Of a stretch of DNA of 64,000 bases, positions 51,701 to 61,433 are shown in pieces. Location of the stretch: NCBI GenBank assembly GCA_951406725.2, contig OX597833.1:34534001-34598000 (forward strand), given 5' to 3'. The notes below the pieces were generated by a model that had not been told where the DNA came from, ran no database searches, and saw only the letters and a program-made list of their open reading frames with translations. The position numbers and the translations under genes are program-made. Every line of letters starts with the position of its first letter. Position 1 is the stretch's first letter. Origin of the DNA: Octopus vulgaris (lineage: Eukaryota).

Positions 51701-54700
51701 TTCAGCCTAATTGTGATCCACATCTTCTGGAAGCAACCCTGCTACTGATCTATGAATGGTGGGAGATAGCATTCATATTAGCTTATTACACACCACCAGG
51801 CCAAGAGGAATTTCTTTTAGACCTGTCCACCTTCAACTTCCTCTCTGCATCAATCCGGAAGAAGATTTTAAAGTCTGTGGGAAATGGATCTGTTGTTTGT
51901 GTAAGTTGCCTCCTCCCCACCACCAGATGATGCCTATTAAAATTAATGGATCATTAGTTTTATTATTTCATTCATGTTTTTAAATTATAGGTCAGTAGTG
52001 TTGTGTAAACAATAAGTTCTTCATGCTATGTCTGCAATCAACTGATAATAATAATAATAATAGTTTTTGATTTGGGCTAAAGATTAACAATTTGAGGAAA
52101 AGGGATAAGTCAGTACCTTTGATACCCACCACACTTTGACTGGCTATTTCTTTTCTTTTTTTCTTGATCCCAAAGAATAAAAAGCAAAATTGAACCCAAT
52201 GTGGGTTTTAAAAAGCTGGGACAAATAAGGGATTTTTTTCAACATTCTAACAATTATGCCAGTTCACTGCCTTCAGCAATAACAAAAATTTATCCAAGGC
52301 CAGTAATTTTGAGGCAACGGATTTAGTTGATACCATCAACCCCAGTACATGTCTGGTACTTTATTTTAATGACTCTGGGGTGATGAAAAGTAAAATAGAC
52401 CCTGGTGGAATTGAACTCAGAACATAAAATATTGAATGAAATACCACAAGGTAATTCTAACTTTACCAGCTTACCACACTCAACAACAATAATCCTTTCT
52501 AGTATAGGCACAAGGCTTGAAATTTTGGGGGAGGGGACTAATCGTTTACATCAACCCAGTGTTTCACTGGTACTTAATTTGTCAACCCTGAATGGATGAA
52601 AGGCAAAGTTGATCTTGGTGGAATTTGAACTCAGAATGTAGTGACAGGTGAAATACCACTAAGCATTTCATCCAGCTTGCCATGTTAACAACTACAGCAA
52701 TAATAATGCTGGTTGTATTTGTCTCCTCCAATTACCTGTGACAAGTTTTGTAAGGTAAGAAAAGTGAACAGCTGTTCTCATAACACCTTTTTCAGTCTGG
52801 CAAGCCAAACTGCTGATCCAGAAAGAAGCTGAGTATCATCACTTCAGTTTTTTAGGTAGTCTAGCCACTACCCTAAGCATTTGAATAACTGCAGTTATAT
52901 TCATACTAAATATTCTAATATTAAAGACAAGGATGAGGAACTTTCTTAATATTTGATGGTCGCATTAAATTAAGTATAAGGCTGCATTAAAGATAACATG
53001 GTGAAGTATAAGGAAAAATGCAATTACATTTTGTAAATGCAACTAGAAATTGTGAAATTAAAAATGATCTTTTTTTTACTCCTGCACACACACACATATT
53101 TCCAACCATGAAAAAAAATATTACCATACTTGGAAACAGGTGAGGGTTGACAACAGTAAGAGTATCTGGCTGTAGAAAATCTACGTCAGTGAATTCCATC
53201 TGATCCATGCTAGCATAAAAAAACCCAGATGTTCAGATGGTGAGGATAATGATTTTATATAACATAAATAGTTACAAAGCTCAGTGAATATTTTATAGAC
53301 ACACATTGCAAAGATATTTTTATGAAATGAAGAAAAAACATAAGTACCCTTCTAAAATGAACAAGTTTGTAATATTCACATGCCTAACAAGAATAAAGAA
53401 TCAGGAACAGAATTTATAATAAACATTGAATAAATTGTATGCAAATTTTCAGAATAGAAGTGTACATTTTGTAAATGTTTCAATTTATTGGGAAATGGCA
53501 TTTTATTAAGGAATGAACTTATGTGAAAATTACACTTTTTGTTGCAGTTGTTAAAAATGATATTTTTTTTCTCCAACAGTACTTACTGCAATTGCAGTGT
53601 ATTAAAGCAGTACAAGTATTCCCAGAGTCTGAAACAGAAGAGAAAAAAGCAAAGATTTGTAATTTGAGTGGAATCATAAACATGTTGATGTCAAAGGAAA
53701 ATAGTGAAGTCCCTGCTGAAAATCAGAATAAAATTGTGGTATGTTGTAATTATTGTGGTTGAAGAGCTATTTTTCAATTAAAATAGGCATTATACAAGAT
53801 CGTGTCCTCTCACCTCTCATCATCCATCATCATGATACGTCCATGCTGGCATGGGATGGACAGTTTGACAGGAGCTACCTGTCCAGAAAGCTGTGTCAGG
53901 CTCCAATTGTTTGTTTGGCATGGTTTCTACATGCTAATCCTAATGCCAACCACTTTGCAGAGTGTGCTGGGTGCTTTTTATGTGGCACGAGCATCAGTGC
54001 TTTTTACGTGGAACCAGCTTGGATGCCTTTTACATGGCACCAGTATCAGCAGGGTTGCAAAGTAGGTTGCAAGACAAATACCTCTCAGCTGAGAGAAGGA
54101 GTGGAACTGAGAAAAGTAATTGTGTGCCAGGCAAAAGGTTAGAGGGACAGAAATAGCCATCTTACTAAAGAGGAGACATTTGGTTACCCCAGTAGGACAA
54201 CGAAGGAGAGGAAAGTGGGAGAGAGTTTGAGAGAAAGAAAGACAGTCTGAGTGAGAAAGAGAAGGCCTACTCACAGGAAACAGTGGGGGAGTATAAGTAG
54301 TAGAAGGGATAGAGGGGGATGTTCCATAAGATTGTGGGAGATGTTTAGAGATAGCAAGTGATGATGAGAGGAATTGGAGTGGTTGGGAGGGGGTATGGTA
54401 GATATGTGTGGGCATGTAGAGTGTGCAGGTAGGCACATAATAGAGTGGAGAGGCCTGCAGTGGGTGGGGGGATGTTGGAAAGTCTCGGCCCCTTGTCATC
54501 TCTGTGAGGCTTCACACTTGAAGATCATCTTTTGTCACTTCACCCCACATCTTCTTGGATCTACCCCTTTCACAGATTCACCCAGAATTAGAATTGGCAC
54601 TTCTTTATACAGCCTTCTTCATCCATATGCACACTGACATTACCCATCCAACAGGGCATGCTGGCTTCATTTCTTTCAAGCCTTTGCATGTCTTCTGTGG

Positions 54701-57700
54701 TCACAGCCCATGTTTCACTGCCATGTAGCACAGCTATTCATACACATGCATTATACAATCTGCATTTCACTCTGTTATTCAATATTGTCATTTATGCAGT
54801 AATGAAGGTATACATCTCCAAAAGAAATTTACAATTTTGTCAGAATCCTACATCAACAGTCTTATATTTACTGACACAAAATACAAGGCCAAGGAGGTCC
54901 TACAAAATAGCCAAAATGTAGGTTTGTAGTTTAGTCTTAATGCTGATGTTGATAAGTACAAACTACTTGTTATGGACGATACTTAGAGCAGTGTCTCATT
55001 AGTTAGAATAAGTTACTGTGTTTAAATAAAATAGATCATATATAGAAAAAAATAAAATTACTGCATGTTTGTATATCAAAAATGGAAGTTCATTAGCATT
55101 CTTGACTTTTGGTTGTTTTGCTGTCCTTTAATCCAAGGTCAGCTCTGATTGATCATACCTTACAATTAGAGACATAGCAGCAGCTGTGATCATCCCATTC
55201 TTTTAGATATATGTAGGATTACATTATCAAAGATATCCTTTTTTTTTGAGGGAATTTTGCTGATATTTTTTAGCAAATCGAATGACCGTGTAGCAGCTCA
55301 CTTGTATGCTTTTGGTCTTCTCAATTGTTGTTCAACAAAACTTTATATCACCAAAATCTTTGTATGATCAGTTTTTTTTATTTCCTGCATTGTTCGTTGT
55401 ATAGTACCAAATCATAAACGTTACTGTAGAATGGTTTGGATATGTTGATAGTCTTTCAAGCAAAATGTCTAATCCTTGGAGTATTGTGGATTAACTGTCT
55501 GCAATGATAAACTTGCTTCAGTAATCAGTTCTACTGGTATGACTATGTGAATTGAATGGCTTATTCAAAATTGCCATACAGACTAGTTCCACATCTCTAG
55601 CCACAAAAGAGTATCGAAAAAGACTTGGCTAAAAATGATCTAATGAAATAGGAATAAACTAAAGATAACCATAGGAACACCTGGCAAAAGACTGGTGAAG
55701 CTTCAAAGAAATTGCCTGTGAATTAAGGGCACTTGAAGAGGAGGAGTGGTCCAGAGGAATAATCGAAGGTCACTCTCTGCTTAAAGGTTTCGTGTTGGTG
55801 CTGATGATGATACAGATGTTGGTTTCATTGAATAGCCTCAATGACTTCTTTTGAAGTAATTCTGTGGCACAAAGGTAACAAATAAACCAATTTCTGCTTA
55901 TGACAAGTTTAGTTTAGTTTCATAGTTAAACCACTCTGATGCAAAGTGGAGGGTGAAGTGAATATCTCAAAATTTATTTCTCTCTTTCCTAAAGTCCACA
56001 GGGCTCATTTACTCAATGTTATAGTGTTTAACAACAGTCATACATTTAATGTTTATCACTTTTAATTTTCACAAATTAAGAAATAATTCATTACTTTATT
56101 CTGTTATGAAATTCCATGCCAATTCACTATTTGACACAAGTCGAATACTAATTCCTTATCCATTCATTACAATTCCTATCGGTTTTCCACTCATTCCTTA
56201 GTATTTAAACTGCTATCTTTGTAATTTTCTCCTTTTCAGCACCCTCGTATTCCTGTAAGGACAATAAAGCAGGCTACATGGTGGTTTCTCACCACTAACT
56301 TTCCAATTGTGTTTCCACTTCTCACTCCACAAAACATTTTGATTATCTCTCAATATATTGTTCAAACTCTGATGACTGACACAGTTGAACATTCAGAAAG
56401 GTTTGAAATTTCATTTATTTTATTTTCATTTGTCACATTGCTTTAATTTTAATGAAATGTACAAGCAACCTACAGTCTTTTGACTCATCTAGGAAGATAC
56501 TGACTCTGAATAAGAACTGACTTAGAAAGGTTTCAGGTGGATTGGCATCAAAAAGGTTAAAGGAAGGACTGAAAGGGAATTGTTACAATCTGCAGTGTGG
56601 CATGAGCAAATTTAAAGATCCAATCTTTAAAGAGACAACAGTGGTAATAATAATGATTTCTTATATAAACATAAGACCATATTTTGGGGAATGGCAAAGT
56701 CAATTCTATCAATGCAACGAAACTCAAAGACAGATGATTTTGGCAGGATTTGAACATAGAAATGTAAAAGTCTGTAACTACACATCACATGGTATTTTGT
56801 CTGTCACCTTAACAATTCTGCCATCCTTTGGCTGATTTCTTTGGTACAAAGCCACAAATTATCAAACTCTGGTACTTTATTTTATCAACTTGTTAATTTA
56901 TCAGGATTTGAACGGCCCTGGTAACAATCATGTTTGGATGGTGCTCTTAGCACTCCACTAGCACGGATGCCATTCATGCGGTGCTGTCATCAAATTTGTA
57001 CTAACTACTATATTTTCTCTGGAGCTTTTCTGCCTGAATTTACCAAATCTGATGGCTGATAATGATATGGCTACAGTACCCTGGGTCATTTCCACCCAGA
57101 CAGAAAGTGGCCAAAAGAAATTTTTCATAATATATATATATATATATATGAGCCTGGTGCAGCCTTCTGGCTTTCCAGATCCCCGGTCGAACCGTCCAAC
57201 CCATGCTAGCATGGAGAACGGACGTTAAACGATGATGATGATATGTCAAAATTGGTTGGGACAAACATGTTAGCTTTAGAGCTGACCGATAAGACATTGC
57301 AAAAATTGGGATGACATTCAGCGCTTGTTTGTATGAAAAAACATTGATGTTAAAATGATAGTGACAGCCATTATCATTACCAGGTATATCCTTCATTATC
57401 GATATCTTCCCCAGGCTTTTTATGTTTTCTGTTCAAATTCCATCAACTTCAACTTTGCACTTGTTCCTTTCATAAGGCACCAGTCAAAGTCTTAGGTAAA
57501 TTTTATTGGAAACTCACCACTGTGTAGCCCTGTACTGGAGAGTCCAGTGCAGTGCACCAAAGAAGACATGGGTGAAACAAATTGAAGAAAACCTAAAGTC
57601 ACAGTACTTTGATCTCACGTGTGCTAAGGCCAGCGCCATGGATCAGAAAGCATGGAATAACATCGCCACCAGAGTCTGTCATCCAGCAGCACCCACAGCA

Positions 57701-59923
57701 GTGTGTTGGTTGAGAGGACAATCTCCCCTTCCAGTTGCCAGCTAGAGATTTTACTAGTCCAAAAGCATTAATGCTCTTCCAAATATCCTCAAGTATTTTT
57801 TTAAATAAATAACTGCCTTTAAATGTTTTGATGTATTTACCTTTAAAAGAATTTTTTTCTCTTTCAACTATTTAGGGAAATGTCAACGGAAGCAAGTTTT
57901 ACATGGGATTTAATCAGATCTCCTTTCTTTCAAGAAATGGCTTCATTCCATCCTCTCATTATCTCTTGTATTTTCTCTACACTGGCTGGTTCAATCTTGA
58001 AACAAGATGGGTAAATTCTCAATTCTTACCATCTTAGTCATAAGTTTTTTTTTTAAACTCTTTCCTAGTGTTTGTTAATTATTTTTCTCATAAAATTTTG
58101 TTTTTACAGTTAAAAACTTTTTTTCTTCTTATCTCTGAATTTTCATATATTTTTGCCACCTATTTTAAAGTTTTATATAGTTTGGTGGTTTTGTCCCAAT
58201 TTTTGTCGTTTCAATTTGAAAAACTGAGCAGTTTTTCTTATTTTTCTTTTTCTTAAATCAAGTTCTCTACCTGAAGATATGAAGACTGTTGCTAGTTTAT
58301 TCAGTACTTTAGGAAACTCAGAGATACAGTGGAATAACCCCAATGATAAGTAAGACATTTCCTTTTTTTCTATTCTTTATTACATTTTAAAACTTATTTA
58401 CATTACCATTTCATGGAATGTTTCTTTTTTAAGTTTTTATTTTTTTTTATTTGTAAGAAAATTATTTTAAAGTTGGTTGCTTTGTTAAACAGTACTCATT
58501 TACATGAGTAGTTGGAAATGCATTACTGGCACTGGCATGAATGCTCTTTTACACGGCACCAATCATGGTGTCTTTTATGTGGCACTAGTATGGATCTTTT
58601 TATGTATCACTTACATGGGTGCTTTTTATGTGGTGCTAGCATGGGTGCTTGATTTTATGTTGCTTGACATATTTTCTCAATCACAGCAAATTGCCTGAAG
58701 TCTCAGACTCCTGTTAACTCCTTGGTGAAATTCAATATCTGAAGATCCCTTTTCACCACTTTGTCCCGTGTCTTCTTGGCGGGGTCCACCCTTTCTACAG
58801 GTTCCCTCCACAATTAGAAATTGGCACTTCTTTATGCCATGACCATACACATGCAATTTTCCCTCTTGCACACTACATCTAATGTCTCTTATGCCCAATT
58901 TTACTTTCAAATCACTTATATTCTGTCATACATGCACACTGACATTATCCATCCAGTGGAGCAGCCTGACGTCATTTCTTTCAAACCTTTACATGTCCTC
59001 TGTAGTCACAACCCATGTTTCACTACCATGTTCATACACAGGCATCATACAATCTGCCATTAACTCTGAAGGAGAGGCCCTTCATTACCAACAAAGGTAG
59101 CAGTTCTCTTGGCCCATCCTTAGTTTAGCAGTTATGCTTTCAGAGCTTCCTCTTCCACTGTTAGCCTGTTTGCCTAGGTAATGGAAACTATGTATTACCT
59201 GGACATTTGAGGGAGTCTATTTTCTGTGCATTCCTATTGCTTATTGTACCTGCACATCTTCTACACACAAAGACTACTTTCTCTGTTAATCTTCCTTTGA
59301 TACCACTGCACCTCTTATGTGTCCATAGCTTGCACTGGGTACACTGTATGGAGTTTCTACCAACACCTTTTCTACATATCAAGCAGGCCCATCTCCCTGA
59401 AGAGCTCAGTGATTCGTCTCTTTTCCTGCTTACTAGGACTTCAGACTTTGTTAAATTAATTCTAAGGCCCTTTGATTTCAGACCTTCTTCCACACCTGAA
59501 ATTTTCTCTCTTGTTTTGGTTGTGACTCAGCAGTAAGAACATGGTCATCAACATAGAGGAGCTCCCAAGGGTAGCCAGTCTTAAATTCCTTGAGAAGATT
59601 TATTAAAATAACACTTTTGTTTTTGCCATTGTTAGATATTACTACAATGTAACTGGAAGGCATGTACAATTGTACAGCATTCTTGTTGAGAGAAGATATG
59701 AAGGTCAAGCAGGCCATTCATCATATTTGCATACCCATATGTTTAAATCTGTTGTTTTGAAAAGAAAATATTTCATTATGTATATTTTTTTTTATCTTAC
59801 TCTAGAAAGACTTCTGAAGCATTAAAGATTGTTGGAGAAGGCTTTTGCAGTTTATTTGGGAATTCAGTTGCTCAAAGTGATGCACAAGAAAAGGTTTTAC
59901 AGAAATCTTCAACCATCATTAAA
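24501..59923 (+). CDS. URB2: URB2 (Npa2) ribosome biogenesis protein homolog; 18 coding exons in the window (2568 nt, 856 aa), 3' part beyond the window
   Basis: All introns are GT-AG with matching phases and no stops. N-terminus [40 protein letters not shown] and internal [14 protein letters not shown]...[12 protein letters not shown] match my recollection of human URB2 (GISLKLKS...KLKLAHFAWIS...PNKEQVLLDW; AWFRCLKTLISLN...TYAKLRQVPRLF). Confidence 0.88.
25128..25565. repeat. Degenerate minisatellite with CATCAGTAC...GATATCT-like units
   Basis: Recurrent catcagtac / gatatc / atatct words at roughly 25-50 bp spacing. Confidence 0.55.
26124..26274 (+). CDS. URB2: URB2 exon 2
   Basis: tttcag| ... 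AAAG|gtaaaa; GVFARLKS...LLVKKK. Confidence 0.9.
26297..27582 (-). mobile_element. 5'-truncated RTE LINE
   Basis: Homologous to 61434-62900; (CAT)n tail at 26297; ORF 26864-27310. Confidence 0.9.
27880..28945 (+). mobile_element. Degenerate CR1/L2-group LINE 3' part, related to 398-1850
   Basis: ATGCTTCAATATCTAGCCCACAGACATGCTGTCTCATCT parallels the minus strand at about 550-590; ends in AATAAAAAAA. Confidence 0.55.
28968..29342 (+). mobile_element. SINE with family-A head and RTE-like (GAT)n tail (family B)
   Basis: GGGCAAGTG...GGTAGATGGAAAC core; ends GCATGGAAAAATAGATGTTAAAATGATGAT. Confidence 0.75.
29936..30813. mobile_element. Non-autonomous mariner derivative with long inverted arms
   Basis: TA at 29934-29935 and 30814-30815; about 200-bp inverted repeats; transposase HTH remnants ([16 protein letters not shown]; MYKWFRRF...RSGRPATS; [21 protein letters not shown]). 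Confidence 0.85.
30931..31057 (+). CDS. URB2: URB2 exon 3
   Basis: tatag| ... ACT|gtgagt; [25 protein letters not shown]. Confidence 0.88.
31790..32152 (+). mobile_element. SINE family B ending at (TA)n
   Basis: Colinear with 28968-29342. Confidence 0.7.
32488..32619 (+). CDS. URB2: URB2 exon 4
   Basis: ttgcag| ... ATG|gtaggt; [19 protein letters not shown]. Confidence 0.88.
33612..33755 (+). CDS. URB2: URB2 exon 5
   Basis: ttcag| ... CAG|gtaaag; phase 0-0. Confidence 0.85.
33790..34125. repeat. Low-complexity (CAC/CAT/ACT)n trinucleotide tract
   Basis: Seen directly; explains the spurious extension of ORF 33621-34217. Confidence 0.85.
34176..34604 (-). mobile_element. tRNA-derived SINE, family A (well preserved)
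   Basis: Minus head GGTGCAGGAGTGGCTGTGTGGTAAG (A-box-like) and GGTTCAGTCCC (B-box-like); internal (TA)/(TG) tract; tail ...GAAACAAGTAAAA. Confidence 0.9.
36518..36908 (-). mobile_element. SINE family B
   Basis: (CAT)n tail at 36518; family-A head at about 36760-36908. Confidence 0.75.
37058..37188 (+). CDS. URB2: URB2 exon 6
   Basis: ttacag| ... AA|gtaagt; [20 protein letters not shown]. Confidence 0.85.
37293..37410 (+). CDS. URB2: URB2 exon 7
   Basis: ttttcag| ... ACT|gtaaga; phase 2-0. Confidence 0.82.
37433..37636. mobile_element. About 210-bp TTAA MITE, copy 2
   Basis: TTAACCC...AATGCTAAAAGGTTAA; colinear with 6330-6536. Confidence 0.8.
37645..38147 (+). mobile_element. SINE head(s) joined to an RTE 3' UTR
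   Basis: TGTGGCTAGGAAG...GGTTCTCAGTTCCC head; 37940-38147 matches the RTE 3' UTR and ends in (GAT)n. Confidence 0.7.
38655..38901. mobile_element. hAT (Charlie-like) MITE
   Basis: CAGTGGTTC...GAGCCACTG termini; perfect 8-bp TSD ATTTAGAT at 38647-38654 and 38902-38909. Confidence 0.88.
39211..39296 (+). CDS. URB2: URB2 exon 8
   Basis: ttcag| ... AC|gtgagt; [28 protein letters not shown]. Confidence 0.85.
39449..39721. repeat. (TA)n/(TATG)n microsatellite
   Basis: Seen directly. Confidence 0.97.
39944..40180. mobile_element. Degenerate copy of the piggyBac-type MITE at 47995
   Basis: TTAATCCTTTGGTTACC start; body loosely parallels 47995-48215. Confidence 0.5.
40649..41729 (+). mobile_element. 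Tc1-type DNA transposon fossil (internal deletion, frameshifts), DD36E spacing
   Basis: TIR CAGGGGTTGGACAAAATAATGGAAACACCT and its inverse at about 41700-41729; TA flanks; motifs [51 protein letters not shown]. Confidence 0.92.
41975..42363 (-). mobile_element. tRNA-derived SINE, family A
   Basis: Colinear with 34176-34604. Confidence 0.9.
42533..42757 (+). CDS. URB2: URB2 exon 9
   Basis: tacag| ... AG|gttagt; [18 protein letters not shown]...[14 protein letters not shown]. Confidence 0.88.
42850..44624 (-). mobile_element. 5'-truncated RTE LINE interrupted by a solo LTR
   Basis: Tail at 42850-43080; resumes at 43992; ORF 44239-44607 matches the RTE C-terminus. Confidence 0.9.
43081..43991 (-). 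mobile_element. Solo LTR (probably Gypsy-type), 911 bp
   Basis: TGT...ACA termini; 4-bp TSD CTTT; removing it restores the RTE UTR motif TGCTTTTTATGTGCCACCGG; AATAAA on the minus strand at 43211. Confidence 0.88.
44950..45172 (+). mobile_element. SINE-like family C (GTTCTGAGTTCAAAT...CTTTCAT...AGTAGAAAGGATT)
   Basis: Related copies at about 8060-8215 (+), 33225-33380 (-), 48225-48432 (-), 52300-52480 (-) and 52490-52685 (-). Confidence 0.7.
45859..46134 (+). CDS. URB2: URB2 exon 10
   Basis: tacag| ... AA|gtaagt; [14 protein letters not shown]...[12 protein letters not shown], the most diagnostic URB2 block. Confidence 0.92.
46712..47075 (+). mobile_element. tRNA-derived SINE, family A
   Basis: CATGGCTGTGTGGTAAG...GGTTCAGTCCCACTG head and family-A tail. 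Confidence 0.85.
47268..47540 (-). mobile_element. RTE LINE 3' UTR fragment
   Basis: CCATGCTGGCATGGGTTGGACGGTTTGAC and GTTTCTACAGCTGGATG motifs. Confidence 0.8.
47692..47990 (+). mobile_element. tRNA-derived SINE, family D
   Basis: A box TGGCTTAGTGG, B box GTTCGATTCC, followed by a GTGTCCTTGAGCAAGAC core. Confidence 0.75.
47995..48215. mobile_element. piggyBac-type MITE (221 bp)
   Basis: TTAA|CCCTTTCGTTACTA ... CAGTAATGAAAGAG|TTAA. Confidence 0.85.
48500..48609 (+). CDS. URB2: URB2 exon 11
   Basis: catag| ... G|gtgaca; [21 protein letters not shown]. Confidence 0.85.
49169..50593 (-). mobile_element. Internally deleted piggyBac transposon
   Basis: TTAA TSDs (49165-49168, 50594-50597); TIR CC(C/T)TTTCGTTACTA; minus-strand remnants [40 protein letters not shown]; internal tandem duplication of about 180 bp. 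Confidence 0.88.
50890..51077 (+). CDS. URB2: URB2 exon 12
   Basis: accag| ... AAG|gtaaag; phase 1-0. Confidence 0.85.
51117..51344. mobile_element. About 225-bp TTAA MITE, copy 3
   Basis: Colinear with 37433-37636; CACTTTAGCATTT...AATGATAAAAGATTAA. Confidence 0.75.
51706..51900 (+). CDS. URB2: URB2 exon 13
   Basis: tttcag| ... TGT|gtaagt; [15 protein letters not shown] (cf. SVLLLSYTWAQV as recalled for human). Confidence 0.87.
52490..52685 (-). mobile_element. SINE-like family C (well preserved), next to other copies at 52070-52480
   Basis: Reverse complement of the 44950-45172 pattern. Confidence 0.7.
53580..53738 (+). CDS. URB2: URB2 exon 14
   Basis: caacag| ... GTG|gtatgt; phase 0-0. 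Confidence 0.82.
53820..54775 (-). mobile_element. Old RTE LINE 3' fragment with a purine-rich segment
   Basis: (CAT)n tail, UTR motifs and C-terminal homology at 54480-54775. Confidence 0.75.
56240..56400 (+). CDS. URB2: URB2 exon 15
   Basis: tttcag| ... AG|gtttga; [18 protein letters not shown]. Confidence 0.85.
57150..57242 (+). mobile_element. Extremely 5'-truncated RTE tail following (TA)n
   Basis: About 92 bp matching the RTE 3' end, preceded by (TA)n and followed by ATATG. Confidence 0.85.
57876..58010 (+). CDS. URB2: URB2 exon 16
   Basis: tttag| ... GG|gtaaat; [15 protein letters not shown]. Confidence 0.85.
58263..58349 (+). CDS. URB2: URB2 exon 17
   Basis: Polypyrimidine tract then tcaag| ... 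AA|gtaaga; symmetric phase 2-2, 87 nt, so it could be skipped in frame. Confidence 0.7.
58500..59595 (-). mobile_element. Old 5'-truncated RTE LINE
   Basis: [15 protein letters not shown] and [28 protein letters not shown]; frameshifted. Confidence 0.9.
59806..59923 (+). CDS. URB2: URB2 exon 18 (last one seen in the window)
   Basis: tctag| ... AAA|gtaagt; phase 2-0. Confidence 0.8.
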
Positions 59924-60850
59924 GTAAGTCAGATGAGATGTTTCCTTACAATTCACTATTCATTATCATCCTGTGTTTTTTTTTTTTGTAATGTGTCTTT
60001 ACTTCTATCTCAATCTTGTGTTGTCACTTCACCTATGAGTAATTTATAGTCTGATTCTATCCTATTTCAGGTCTTTGCTATATCTCAACTTTATGTATCT
60101 TTTCACACCAACTCATGTCAGTTTATCATCCAGCATACATTCACCAGTGTTTTTTGGCATGTCCTTTTGCTTTATCTTGCATTTCCACAATACCTTTCTT
60201 GTAAGTTAGCATTGAAAACACAATAAATCCTAGTCAACTGCCCAATTTTTAGATTTCCTACATTATCATACATCTTGCACTTTGCTTTAACTTAGTTTAC
60301 TTTTTGTATAAAGAGAAAAATTTGGCTAACAGTTAACTAAACTTCTATTTATTCCCAACTGAACCTTAGGTATCCTATCTCAATCCCAAGCACAATGTCA
60401 CCTAGGAAACTTGGCAATGTTATCATTAAGCCATATAAAGAGTTCACTACATTTTTGCTTGTTTGAGTATACAAGTTTTTTTTTGTGTGTGCTTAAGCTA
60501 TTAGCTGCTGTTCCAAAATAGGTATTGGACTAATTGTCTAAAGAAGTTTTTAATAAGTATATAATTTTGAACATTTTTGTACTTTAACAACTTTACTGAA
60601 TAGAAGCTGAAATAAGGACAATTCATTGACATACATGTTACTTTATTTTCTTCACTAAGAAAGTAAATTCAAGCGTAGCCTGAACTGCTTTCATGAGTTG
60701 AGTGATACTTTTACTTTTAGCTTTTTCATTTCTTACTAAACTATGCACACATTTTAGACAGAGTTGTGTACATAGAAGTTTTCTCAGCAATTGATCTGTG
60801 TTTATGTTTTATCTAATCTATCCTTGTATTGAGGCCTTTTGGTTCAGTCC

Positions 60851-61433
<583 letters not shown>

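Noticed and set aside
53978-54499. 173-aa Pro/Ser-rich ORF
   Set aside because: Lies in a purine-rich, low-complexity part of a decayed RTE UTR; no recognisable domain or splice support.
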